A stretch of DNA of 64,000 bases. Origin: Bugula neritina. Taxonomy: Eukaryota > Animalia > Bryozoa. The position numbers and the translations under genes were made by a program. Location: the NCBI GenBank assembly GCA_964035545.1, contig OZ037772.1:1116001-1180000 (forward strand), in the 5' to 3' direction. The notes under the pieces are model-generated. The model saw nothing but the letters and a program-made list of their open reading frames with translations. It was not told the DNA's origin and searched no databases. Shown in pieces: positions 29,165 to 42,151 of this stretch. The stretch's first letter is position 1, and each line of letters opens with the position of its first letter.

Positions 29165-29955
29165 CTCACTGAGCTGATTATTAGTAAACTGTAGCTGATA
29201 AGTTTAGTATTTTATTGTGTATCTCCTCAGACCACCTTCACATGCTAGAAACACTGCGTCTCTGTTATACACAGCAATGTCCCACACCAAGTCACTCACA
29301 CCAAGACTTTCTCTGGGAATTGTTACCATCAGTTGACCTTTAAAAAATATAATGTCATATTGAATCAGTTTGAAACAAACAGACAGACTACAGTGACATC
29401 ACAACAGCTGACACAACTACATGCAAGTTTTTACTTTCCAGTATAATCTAGTAACTGAAATATATTCGATAATAATACAATAAATTTCAAATATATTTCT
29501 CACTCAGAAAGACTTCCTTTAAAGATGCAACTAAGCAGATTATGTTGAAGATAATAAAGTTCTACCAGTCAGTATTGAATAATTCACTGAGCTGCTCTAC
29601 TGTTTACTTCATAATAAATGACAACATGGAGAGACTCAACATAGAAATTTACCCCCTCAGCAAATATGATTATACAGGAGAGAAGATATATAATATAAGT
29701 ATTACATACATGAAGTAAATATTCTAACAGAAAATAGTGTCTCATTATACAACTGTATTGACCTTGACCCACAAACTTAGCCTGTGGTTCTTATATAGAA
29801 CACACCCACATATCTACTTCTAATAATACTGCTACTGCAGCTACTCCAACATTATCACATATTAAATACATGACAAGAACCAACCACGGCCACCTGAGTC
29901 CCACCAGCAAACACTGCTCTACCAGCCATCATCAAATTACACTAGTCTCAGCAAT
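29165..29955 (-). pseudogene. Orphan terminal exon (29337-29204) plus upstream intron and start of 3'UTR of a TRIM paralog, inverted
   Basis: Reverse complement of ~26115-26625; 134-nt exon GQLMVTIPRESLGVSDLVWDIAVYNRDAVFLACEGGLRRYTIKY* vs GQLVLTVPRESLGVSDWVRDIAVCNRDTVFLACRDGLRRYTIKY*. Confidence 0.85.
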
Positions 29956-29957
29956 AA

Positions 29958-30308
29958 TTACATAACATAAGATATATTACATAATATAAGATATATTACA
30001 TAAAATAAAATATATCACATAATATAGGATATATTACATAATATAAGATATATTACATAATATAAGATATATTACATGATATAAGATATATTAAATAATA
30101 TAAGATATATTACATGATATAAGATATATTACATAATACAAGATATATTACATAATACAAGATATATTACATAATATAAGATATATTACATGATATAAGA
30201 TATATTACATAATATAAGATATATTACATAATATAAGATATATTACATAATATAAGATATATTACATAATATAAGATATATTACATAATATAAGATATAT
30301 TACATAAT
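29958..30308. repeat. 19-bp minisatellite (ataatataagatatattac)n
   Basis: Tandem units. Confidence 0.93.
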
Positions 30309-30542
30309 AATTATATACTCTTTCTATAATGTATAATCTTGCATACACATACAGTCATTAAAACCTCTTGCCATTTAGTTTAAGTTCATCAATTTAGACA
30401 CAGAATGCATTTGATCTTAAGTCCCATGAATGTCAAAACAACACATTTCACATTCATTGGTTATACAAGAGATTGTTTCCCCAATAATAGCAGCGTTACT
30501 CTAAATTGAAAAAAAGCTATAAAGTTATCAGCTAATTAAACA

Positions 30543-31388
30543 GAGTCATCTAAAGGGTATAGATATAGAATAAGTATATTGAATAGAATCATCTAAAGAA
30601 TATAGATATAGAATGAGTTGATTGAATAGAGTCATCTAAAGGGTATAGATATAGAATAGGTATATTGAATAGAGTCATCTAAAGGGTATAGATATAGAAT
30701 AAGTATACTGAATAGAGTCAACTAAAGGGTATAAATATAGAATAAGAATATTGAATAGAATCATCTAAAGAATATAGATATAGAATGAGTTGATTGAATA
30801 GAGTCATCTAAAGGGTATAGATATAGAATAAGTATATTGAATAGAGTCATCTAAAGGGTATAGATATAGAATAAGTATATTGAATAGAATCATCTAAAGA
30901 ATATAGATATAGAATGAGTTGATTGAATAGAGTCATCTAAAGGGTATAGATATAGAATAAGTATATTGAATAGAGTCATCTAAAGGGTATAGATATAGAA
31001 TAAGTATATTGAATCGATTCATCTAAAGAATATAGATATAGAATGAGTTGATTGAATAGAGTCATCTAAAGGGTATAGATATAGAATACGTATATTGAAT
31101 AGAGTCATCTAAAGGGTATAGATATAGAATAAGTATACTGAATAGAGTCATCTAAAGGGTATAGATATAGAATAAGTATATTGAATAGAGTCATCTAAAG
31201 GGTATAGATATAGAATAAGTATATTGAATAGAGTCATCTAAAGGGTATAGATATAGAATTAGTATATTGAATAGAGTCATCTAAAGGGTATAGATATAGA
31301 ATAAGTATATTGAATAGAGTCATCTAAAGAGTATAGATATAGAATAAGTATATTGAATAGAGTCATCTAAAGGGTATAAATATAGAAT
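30543..31388. repeat. 43-bp minisatellite (gagtcatctaaagggtatagatatagaataagtatattgaata)n with two alternating variants
   Basis: About 19-20 units; variant gaatcatctaaagaatatagatatagaatgagttgattgaata interspersed. Confidence 0.95.
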
Positions 31389-31817
31389 GGTAACCACAGA
31401 CATCAGAAGAAGCAGAAGACACTTTCTACCACCAGACGTACCTCTTTGAAGGGAAGCTCCCCGAGTAGGAATTGTCCCATCATGACCATGCGGGCCACCC
31501 AGAAGAAGAGGATATCCAGTCTCTAGCAGAGTACCCGGGTAGTAGGCTTGCAGGTCGGGGGTGTTATCTGGCCACCCCATAGTCTAGAAAGGGAATATTC
31601 CGGAACTAAACCAAGTGTCCAGCACATCCTCATCTGTATAACAGGCAGGAAATGGAACAATGTTCAGAGTTGTCTTCTCTGACAAACTGAAACTGGGGTT
31701 AATTTACTCAAAGGAAATGTCTAGTCCGTGAACAAAAGAAAGTAAATTATCAATAAGCAGTTAAAGAAATGTAGCTCGCTGCTTTACTATAAAGGAGAAG
31801 AGAGAGTTGGAGGTGTG

Positions 31818-31905
31818 TACATACTCAATACATACTCAATATATACTCAATACATACTCAATACATACTCAATACATACTCAATACATACTCAATACATA
31901 CTCAA
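31818..31905. repeat. 11-bp minisatellite (atacatactca)n
   Basis: Tandem units in a VARS intron. Confidence 0.85.
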
Positions 31906-32121
31906 CATATACTTGAGCTCTCAGATGGAATAGACTTACCCTGGCTAAAACTGATGACATTTGGATGTACATTAAACTTCATTGCTGCCTTTGACAGCGC
32001 TTCATGATAGGATCTGCCAGTCACCCAGTAGTTGTTGTCACTAGACTATGGAAAATATATAGAGGTTAAGAGGTCACTAGACTATGTAAAATATATAGAG
32101 GTCAAGAGGTCACTGGACTAT

Positions 32122-32564
32122 CACAGGCTTTCCATGTATCGATCTCAGATCGATCTGACTGAGATCGATCTAAGAAATGTGCTCAGAGCGTCATATCGAT
32201 CTCACGGAGTTACCTCCTCTTAAGTGAGAGATGCTTTAATAGTATAATTTGCTCACCAATCTGACTGATTAAAGCTACTGCTGTCAAAAACAAGATTGTT
32301 GCAGTCTAAATTTAATGCCAGCTATAAACTATACTATAATTTTATATAATCGAGTTTTCTTAATCATCGTACTGAAAGTCAAAGTTTGGCATCTGAAAAT
32401 ATGACTATCATAATTATTAAGTAATTTGCTTAGTAATCATCAATAACTTATCATTTTTATTAGCAGACAGCATTTTAGCGAACATTTATTTTTCTACTTC
32501 TCAGATCGATCTTTCGTCTTTCCATGGTCTTATTGCCTTGAGATCAATCCATGGAAAGCCGGTG
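32122..32564. mobile_element. MITE with CAC...GTG termini and 3-bp TSD (CMC/CACTA-like)
   Basis: cacaggctttccatg / catggaaagccggtg, tat on both flanks, gatcgatc subterminal repeats. Confidence 0.7.
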
Positions 32565-32689
32565 TATGTACAAGATGTAGAGGTAAAGAGGTCACCAGAC
32601 TACGTACAAAATATAAAGGTCAAGAGACTACGTAAAATATACAGATGTCAAGAGGTCACTGAGCTATGATGAACAATGTACAATATAAT

Positions 32690-32787
32690 CACAGGCTTTC
32701 CATGGACGACTGAGATCGATCTTTGATGTCTTTTCATGGAGCGATCTCACCAATATAGATCTGAGATCGATCCATGGAAAGCCAGTG
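32690..32787. mobile_element. 98-bp miniature derivative of the same CAC-terminated MITE
   Basis: cacaggctttccatgga / tccatggaaagccagtg. Confidence 0.65.
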
Positions 32788-33165
32788 AAACGGTCACACC
32801 CACTCCAGAAATGGCCACACCCACTCCGGAAAGAGCCACACCCACTCTAGAAAAGCCACACCTACTCCAGAAAGGGCCACATTAAAGGGAATTCATAGTT
32901 TATCAACATAAACATAGTCTGTGGTAAATATTAGGTCTGTGCTAAACCCGCTTGCTTTCTGTAAATAACACAAGACAAGATGAAGAATGAGTCATACCTC
33001 AGCCTTAGGTTGCCCCTGGATCTGCACAAAGTAGGCTGGTATTCTGTGCCCCCACCATAGCTGTCTGGAGATACACCAGTCCCTGGAGTTCCTCAGCCAT
33101 TTGTACCAAGTGACTGTGTGATAGTCTAGTATTATCTTTAGCTTGCCTGATTCTACTACCTGCAG

Positions 33166-33481
33166 TATACATACTATGCTATAGATATACTATGCTATAG
33201 ATATAGTATACTATAGATATAATATACTATAGATATACTATGCTATAGATATACTATGCTATAGATATACTATGCTATAGATATAGTATACTATAGATAT
33301 ACTATACTATAGATATACTATGCTATAGATATACTATACTATAGGTATACTATACTATAGATATACTATGCTATAGATATACTATGCTATAGATATAATA
33401 TACTATAGATATACTATGCTATAGATATACTATACTATAGATATACTATGCTATAGATATACTATACTATAGATATACTAT
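33166..33481. repeat. 16-bp minisatellite (atatactatgctatag)n
   Basis: Tandem units; continues after the MITE at 34263. Confidence 0.9.
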
Positions 33482-34262
33482 GGGGCCATCCATAAATTAT
33501 GTCACACTTTATTCAGCACTTTTTGACCCCCCCTCCCCCCCTTGTCACAAAGTGTCACGCTTATATGACCCCCTCCCCCCCCATGTGATGTCACACAGAT
33601 TATGTAAACGCCCTTTTAAGATTAAATACTCCATACAAAAAGTACTGATTGAATGGTTTATGTTTAGTAATGATTACAGGCACAAAGTTCAATATTTATG
33701 AATGCAACTTTTTAAGAACCTAAATTTATTCAGTGTATCATTATTATCCAATGACAAGAAAATCATAAACATTATTGAAACCATGCTTGATTTAATAAGG
33801 CAGGTCATAAGTTCTGGCCTATAACTGCTATTTTTACTGCCTCAGTGGTATTAAAGTTCCACTAGAGCATGAACTCTGTTTTTCAACATCATAATAGTTA
33901 GTTTTCTTCGATCCAATTGTGAATATAAGTCTGTAACTATACTGGTGACCTATATTCCTGGCATGACATGAACCACACTAATGGTTACATTATATAGGTC
34001 ACAGGTCAAGCAGTGGGATTTTTGCTAATTGGTCTGGGGAGGGGGGTCTGTTTTTATTGTGCTTTATATTGACAAAAAATACATGTATTTGATGTTTTAT
34101 GTTCAGTATTAATACATATCTGAAATATTTTGTTTTGGTAAAATATTTGAAAATGTGACATCACACATATCTACCCTCCCCCCCATCCCCCCTGTCACAA
34201 ACTGTCACACATGAGGGTACCCCCTCCCCCCCTTGAGCGTGACATAATTTATGGACGGCCCC
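33482..34262. mobile_element. MITE with GGGGCC termini (Zator-like TIR) inserted in the 16-bp satellite, TSD tat
   Basis: ggggccatccataaattatgtcac / gtgacataatttatggacggcccc; satellite unit resumes with duplicated tat. Confidence 0.8.
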
Positions 34263-34911
34263 TATGCTATAGGTATACTTTACAGTACTAATATATATAC
34301 TATACAGTACTAATATATATACTATACAGTACTAATATATTATATACTACACAGTACTAATATATTATATACTATACAATACTAATATATTATATACTAT
34401 ACATAATATATAATACAAGTACCTCTACAGCCTTGGCTGCCATATCGTCACACGCCACATACCACTGTGGTTTGGGTATCGGCTCAATGATATCTTTAGA
34501 TCGACTATAACACAAGAGACCACGGTGTGGAGGTCATTGTCAACAGACAGACACACATAGTAACAGCTCAACTCAACAGCATTGTAAAATATAATGGATA
34601 TTTTAATGGAGCTTATATATAATATAGCTTATTATATATTATATAATGCAAGAAAAAAACATTTCAACTTAGAAATATGTCACACAATTAGGAGTTATGC
34701 CACCTCTTTGTCAAAAACACGGAATACAAGATTCACACACCAAACAGTACTTGTTGCTATACGAATAGACTTCAATTTAGTTCTCCCTCCGTATCTCAGT
34801 AGGCTGAGGGACCTGACACCTCAGTAGAATTCTTCCCTTAGCAGAGTACCATATATTTTAACACACGGATCTGTTAAATTATTTTGTCCCTACACACAAA
34901 AGGCTTGGAAA

Positions 34912-35109
34912 ATACAGGACAACAGGCTATGAATATACAGGACAACAGGCTATGAATATACAGGACAACAGGCTATGAATATACAGGACAACAGGCTATG
35001 AATATACAGGACAACAGGCTATGAATATACAGGACAACAGGCTATGAATATACAGGACAACGGGCTACGAATATACAGGACAACAGGCTATAAATATACA
35101 GGACAACAG
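34912..35109. repeat. 23-bp minisatellite (acaggacaacaggctatgaatat)n
   Basis: About 8-9 units adjacent to a VARS exon donor. Confidence 0.92.
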
Positions 35110-38100
35110 AGCACCTGTCCCAAACTCCATCTCCACAAAGTCATCAGCCACAATAGGTATTCTCCTGTCAGCAAAAGGATGTCTCACAAATTTCCCGTGT
35201 AAGTGTTTGTATCGGCCGTCTTCAGGGTGGACAGCCACGGCAGTGTCACCTACAATAGTTACCAGACTTTATAGTCTCTCACAGTATTGAGTATTGATAT
35301 ACAATTATATATTTACTGAGTGTTTACCAGATCCAACTTCACAGTCACTATACTCAGAGTACACAACTCCCAGTAAGTTAGTATCAAGCTAATTAACCAC
35401 TAACCCCCTATTCACACTTACCGTATCGTACGCCGTAACAGCAAATATCAGCCATTTTTACAAATGTCTGAGCTTCCTGTACGGTGTTGCGGTACGGTAG
35501 GATCAAGCACTGCTTGATTCAAATAAGTTGCGGCAGACTCCTATTGGACAGAAAAACTTTTGCGTTAATTCATTGGATATAAATGTCTAATGCAGCGTCA
35601 TAGATCGTACCTAATAGCGGACTTTGAAAACTTCAACCCGCACCTTAAACCAAAATGGAATAATAAAATTAAAGAACTTAGGCTATCTCAAGTTCTCCAC
35701 TACTGCTCCTAAGTGAGAAGGTGAGAATAATTAGAGAGATCCACTAGAGTTACTTCAACTGGCAGCAAGAGTCAGCCATTATTACGTTGCTAAGCAACAA
35801 AGCTATTAGTGACATTGATGTCTACTAACTCAACATAGTTTCTAATCTAGTTGTGGCCACAATGATCTCTTCGTCAGAGTCTTCTACTTTATATGCAAAG
35901 GAAAGGAGAACTCCGAACTCCACCTTCTCCTTGTAGCCCGGTACAGAGAGCATAGTCCTTCCTGTCAACTCTACTTTTTCTACCTGCAATCAGTGATACA
36001 ACTCTCTCAGACTACACAGGTCAAAGGTTAAACTGTAGTGTGTGCCTTTGATTCACTGCGTTCCCATTCTCTTCCAATAGTTCATATAATGTATATGAAT
36101 GCTCGTACAAATGAATATGTGGCTGTGGTCTCATTGATGTATTCATTCGAAGATAGTCATAATGTAATATATCAGGCTGTGTCTGAATACTACTATTAGG
36201 TTAGTTACCACCAACACACAAGTCTCGCAGTGAATAAACAGTTGACGTACACACAGCCGGGAGTCAGACTGATACTGTACGATATACCTCAATATCAGAG
36301 ATGGCAGAGTTGAGAGTACAGGACCAGTTGACCAGTCGGTTAGCTCTGTAGATCACACCTTTCTCGTGCATTCTGATAAACGCTTCGTTCACCGCTTTCA
36401 AAGATTTCTAATAAACAAGTATATATGAGTCACGTGTCAAGTGTGAACTGATTGGAGACCAGGCCTCATGATTAACCAATCATAGAGAGGATAACACACT
36501 GAGTCAGTAAACAGCCGACACGGCAGATAGACTCCACTACTCAAACATAATATATGTATAGAGAGGATAACTCCTCACCTCATCCATAGTGAACGTAGTT
36601 CTGTCCCAGTTATAAGACCCGCCCACTTTCCTCAACTGATGGTAGATTCTGTCTCCTTTTCTATAGAAATTATATAATAACACTGACCAATCGTTGTGCT
36701 GCAAAACTTAGTTATATTAGCAACTTAAATAATGAGACCAATGATAGAGTGTGATGAAGTAAACCTATATTTAACTTTTTGTATATTCAATTATATATAA
36801 GAATTTTATCATATTATCATATATATTATATATTATCTTATATCAAACTGTAGCAACTGCACACCAATAAGATAAAATAAAAACTCAAACCCGAATACTA
36901 AGTCGCTATGAAATGCATTTTCAAGATAAAATATTCCCTTACTGGTTCTTCCAGTCCCACACTCGTCTCACAAACTCATCTCGTCCCAAATCGTGTCGAG
37001 TTTTATTCTCTTCTCTAGCGAGTTTTTTCTCGACGACCACTTGAGTGGCTATTCCTGCGTGGTGACATCCGGGTACAAACAGTGTCACCTTCCCATTCAT
37101 CCGGTGCCTGTCAATACAGCAGAACTGACACCTGCAGACACCTGACAACACAAGCATATCAGACACCTGTAGATATTCTGGAAAGGTGCTGAGAGAAATA
37201 TCTGTGGTTGAAAAAACATCAATATGATAGATGAATGACTTATGCCAACCGGTACTTAACACAAATTTTCTCAGCATTCAAAAAAGAATTAACAGGGGGA
37301 TGTTTATAGCCTGTCTGTGGAATATCTCAAAGTGAGTTGGCAAGATGCCAAAATGTCATGTAGTCACCACCAGAGGAATGGTGTCTACTGTTACATGCTA
37401 TAAGCTACGTACACCACCAGTTTAGTGACTAGGTAAGTACGGAGTTGTCTCATCTATATGAATGAACATCTTACCACCAAACTATCGCATCCTCAACCGC
37501 CCCCGCGAGGGCGTGTCCTAGGTGAAGAGTCCCGGTCACATTAGGGGGAGGGATCAGGATGATAAACTTCTCTTCAGGTGTGAGTTTCAGCACATCTCTA
37601 CCTGTTACAAAGCAACCAATCACATCTCTCTCGGTTACAAAGTAAAAAGCAACCAATCACAGTACCTGTTACAACAGAGTAACAAATCACACCTCTACGT
37701 GTTAGAAGTAACCAATCACACATTATAGACTTTACTAGGATGAGAAGTGTACCTTTGAGAGTATACTCAGGTTTGAAGAATCCTTCCTTCTCCCACCAAG
37801 AGTACCAGGCAGCTTCCACATAGGACACGTCGTGTCTAGAATAACAGAAAACTAAAAAGTATAGGGGAGCAGCTGTGGTCTAGGGGTTAGAGCGTTTGTC
37901 TAGTGAACATGAAGCCATTGTTTGACAAAGGCCATTGTGACGTTAGGAAGAGCATCCAGTCATAATTGCTCCTCTGCCACATCTAAATAAGTCCTTAGCC
38001 TGTTTTAACAAAAATGCTTTCCACCAAGAGTCTCTCACAAGGATGGTGACTATGCACTGATATCTAGATATACTAAGTTGAGACTTGTCTTCTACTGGTC

Positions 38101-39053
38101 CATACAGTTCAAATATGATAAACACATGTATAAATACAATAATCTATCCATAGCCCATAGTCTAACCACCAACAAGAACGAATAAATAAGACTGTGGCCT
38201 GACACTACTACTACTACAACTTATATAACTTATACACAGCAGGCTGTTAGGAGTATTTGAATCTGAGGCTATCCAATGTATGAGTAGGGCAGCCCTAAAT
38301 GTAGGATATTGGAATACCATGTCTTATTACTACAGTCTAAAGCAGTGTTTATACCTTCACGGTGTTCAGTCAGAAATTCAATTTTGATGAGTTGCATTTC
38401 ATTGTAAAAGCCAATCATCAAAATTTTTGCTTTGTACATGCCTAATCAAATAATTTTAGAGTAACAATCAAAGGGAATGATAACTCCTTTAGATATGGGG
38501 TATTCATGTTTATAATTACATCGGCTGTCTTTTTCAATTATCACTTTTATGCTGTCAACTTAATTTATTACGTTTTCAAAGGGCATCAAATAGTGATTAA
38601 GCGAGTTATATTTGAGTATTACAGAGTGAGCTTTCTTATTAATATGATTTAAACAATTTTAAGTAAGACTGCTTACACACATAACTGTGTGTTCACTACC
38701 GAGCAGTGTACACTGATGAATCAGCGCTTCAACTAAAACAGTAAGTAAAGGAATGAAGAGCTCAATTGAGTATAAAATGTAGAGAATAATTGAACTGAAC
38801 CTTTCTTATGGCCAACTGGTGTGTCATCGACATACGTTACTACAGCCTTCTCCTTTTTCTCTTTCACTTTTTTCTAGAAAAAAAAAAATCAAATTTGAAG
38901 AAAATAAAATTGAAATTGTTAGCTACAGATACAGACAACTTCCAGGTAAAAGTACAGCCATACAGTCGCAATACGAATATGTAATTCAAGTAACACTTTC
39001 ATGTAGAAGTACAACCATAAATATGAATAGAAAGTAACACAAATATATACATT

Positions 39054-39214
39054 TAGGAGCAGTAGTGTAGAAATCGAGATAGCCTAGGTTCTTTAATTTT
39101 ATTATCAAATTTTGGTTTGGGGCTTGGGTTGAAATTCTTACAAAAACACAACTTCTTATGCTACATTTCTAATCTAGAACACAGGCTTTCTCAATTTCTC
39201 CATTACTGCACCTA
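39054..39214. mobile_element. ~160-bp MITE with TA flanks (Tc1/mariner-type) in VARS intron 1
   Basis: taggagcagtagtgtagaaatcgaga / tctcaatttctccattactgcaccta; related half at ~35640-35711. Confidence 0.55.
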
Positions 39215-40387
39215 CCTTAGTATATATAGAACCTGTAACTAACTAAATAGACACCTCAGTAGTCGTGGCAGACTCTGCCTTCTGTTTAGCCTGCTTAGCT
39301 TGAAACTTGGCTAGTTTAGCAGCTTTAGCAGCTTCTTTCTATAACTCTTTCTCAGATTTCACCTTGACCTCGCCAGTTGGCGCATCACCAGGGTTCACTT
39401 CCGACATGTTCGTTTATTGTGAGACTTCCCTTAAAACACAATCAGCCGGCATGGAACTAATAGATATCTCAATACTAAACATACAAACTATTGACCCAGT
39501 ATAGTTATAGACAGATATCTTAATACTAATAATATAAACTAATAGCTCAGTATTGCCTTAGTTATGCGTGGGGGTTCAGTGATAAAACTCCTATAAACCA
39601 CACAGTTCAATAATGAAAGACTGTGACTTTTCACGAACAGACATCTCATCTCTGATTCTAATGAAAAATCACGAAATTTTCAGACAAACGATACTGCATT
39701 TCAACTTTGTGACTATCACATGATAATAATCATTGTCATTTGAAAGATTCTGCTAAAATCGAAATGCCAATGTTAATCACAAGGTCAACCATAAATGACT
39801 CAGTCTGATGACTGACGGTTATGCTTAATGATTAATTAGTAATATGAATAGATTGCAAGTGATCAGCATGATGATAGTGATGATTGCTTTTCACCATCAA
39901 AGGTCAAACTTTGTAATTGCAGCTTGAGATGTAAAATTAAATAATATTACTTTTATTTAATTATACAAGTATAACTTACTATCATAACAACATTCAACTT
40001 TATGTAGTCATTATGAACATGATAACGGTTTACCTTTTACTTTAGGTGATCATTATACTATTCACGATTATCATTATGTCTACCATTATGATTATCTCAA
40101 CTTTAACCTATCAATCACGATAATTAACCATTTATTTTTTAATGATAAAAACTTAAATCATTGAATGAACACTAAAAGTAATTTAAATTCACACTTTTAT
40201 TATCATAACTATGAAATTAATATTAATAGGCATATTTGATTTTTAGATTACAATAATAATTATCAAATCATGGTATAGAATTAAATATTATAGTTAATAT
40301 TATTATAAATATAATTAATATAATTGTATTTATTGAAACTAAAATAGTAAGGTAAACTAAATGAATTATCGACATGAGTATGAGTAT

Positions 40388-40790
40388 GAGTAGGCCACAA
40401 CTAGAAGGTGCAGCAGGAATTTGAGATCCCCGTTTGCAATACCTCGTCAAAGATATAGAACAGGTGCAAAATAATGCAATCAGATTCATTGCTAAATTGA
40501 AAGGCAAAGACAGTATCACTGTGACACGTGACAAACTAAACCTAGAATCTCTCCCCGACAGACGCTTCAAGCTGAGGCACAAGTTACTGTTGCGACTTCT
40601 ATCTCATGAGGGAAATCAGGCATCTCTAACCAACTCCTATGAACTGATGAACAGTAAAACCTAAAATACTAGGTTTACTAAGGCATCAAGCAGGGACGAT
40701 CCCCCAACCATTTTTGCAAAATCAGCAGCCTACTACAGCAGCTTCTTTCCAAAAACAGCCCGAGAGCTTAAGTCTATGCTAAATAATTAG
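40388..40790 (+). mobile_element. 5'-truncated non-LTR retrotransposon (LINE, CR1/L2/RTE-type) RT C-terminal fragment
   Basis: RPQLEGAAGI*DP..IEQVQNNAIRFI..LNLESLPDRR..; matches the RPxLEYxxxxWxP / LExVQxxAxR / LxxxxLxxRR motifs; contains stops. Confidence 0.75.
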
Positions 40791-41566
40791 TCAATACACC
40801 AGAGTTGTATATGTGCAACATACTGGAAATACTTGCTAGCCTGTAATCGGCAACTGTAGAGGTGTGCTTCTTGCTACATGCTCTAATGCGTGTAAGAGGT
40901 AAGAGGACTATCAATATTAGTAGGAGTACCCAAGTACCAGTAGACATAGTAGCTGTAGAAAGTCTATCCCAATCAGTAACTGTAAGCCGTGAGGGCTGAG
41001 ACTATAACTAGGAATATAAAAAACTATAACTTGAGTATAACTAATTGAAGGTGAGTTAACATAAATTAAAAAATAATAAATATAATTACTACAACATCAA
41101 AATGAAATATGCATTATAAATATTTATATTTTTATTTTATAATAATTTTTTAATTTATTTATATCATTTTATTTAGGTTCATCCCCTTTCATTATGATTA
41201 ATGAAATTGATAAATCATATTCATAACGATAATGATGATCACTTAAAAAAAATTGATAAACCCATAATCATAACCATAATGGTTATATTTATTATTATCA
41301 TTTATCGCTTATCAGTGATAATCATAATCATAATGATAATGATAATCTTGATCATAATCAATATGAATATCAATATCATGTTATACTTATTCAATAATTA
41401 TAATTGATTGATTCTTATTCATATTAATAATGAATAAAAAATTATATTAACACTACAACTTACTTAATTAGAGTATTACATTTAGTGATTTACTATTACT
41501 ATTACTATCAGTATTATCACTATTGGCGTATTAGTATTACTATAGTATTAGTATTAGTATTACTAT

Positions 41567-41870
41567 TGTTATAATTTTCTGTTTTGGGTTGATATGCTAT
41601 CCAGAGAGTCTATTTATCTAGTATAGAACTGCACCAGGCTAAGTCGAGTGAACGAGTATATTTTATACACAATTATACATTATAAAACACGATACATTAT
41701 TTCCAACAAGTTACACATCTAATCTATTTCACACTCTAGCTTCGACTGAGTTAGCAGCGGGAAACTACAATTGCTGCTAACTATCAACTACGCTAATTGG
41801 CTATCCATTGTTCCGGGTCAATTACGCGACCCTACATGTTGTGCTGCTGGTAGTTCCACGAACCACCACA
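41567..41870 (-). repeat. 3' LTR of Gypsy copy 1
   Basis: Direct repeat of 48720-49023; preceded on the element strand by purine-rich ggtgggggcgg (41871-41881). Confidence 0.97.
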
Positions 41871-42151
41871 CCGCCCCCACCAGCAGAAAGCCATCTTTCT
41901 GATATATATATAAAAAAAAACATTCAATAGTAATTGCATACATCAGTGGACAAAAATAATACATAATATACAGGAAGAGACATAATAATAGACAGAGTCG
42001 TTATAACGATCCGTTGCATGCAATTGGCCAGCTGTAGATAGACGAGGAATACTAGCTAGCTGTGGTATTAGACAAGGAATAACCTGTCTAGCAGTTAAGC
42101 ATTTACACGAGTTTGGTCCTTCACCAAAGGTGGAGTATTCTGGGTAGCATA

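Larger units (their letters stand above)
31441..39407 (-). pseudogene. VARS: Valyl-tRNA synthetase pseudogene, N-terminal ~two-thirds only (unprocessed, with introns)
   Basis: Exons encode [32 protein letters not shown] (HIGH), [74 protein letters not shown]. In-frame TAG in exon 1 (~39339-39341) and in the last exon (~31584-31586); frameshift in ETG(HD)ILFFW; AVKITPAHD exon and KMSKS half absent. Confidence 0.92.

Noticed and set aside
30543-31388. CRISPR-like regular array
   Set aside because: Contiguous tandem units with no unique spacers; eukaryotic context; no cas genes
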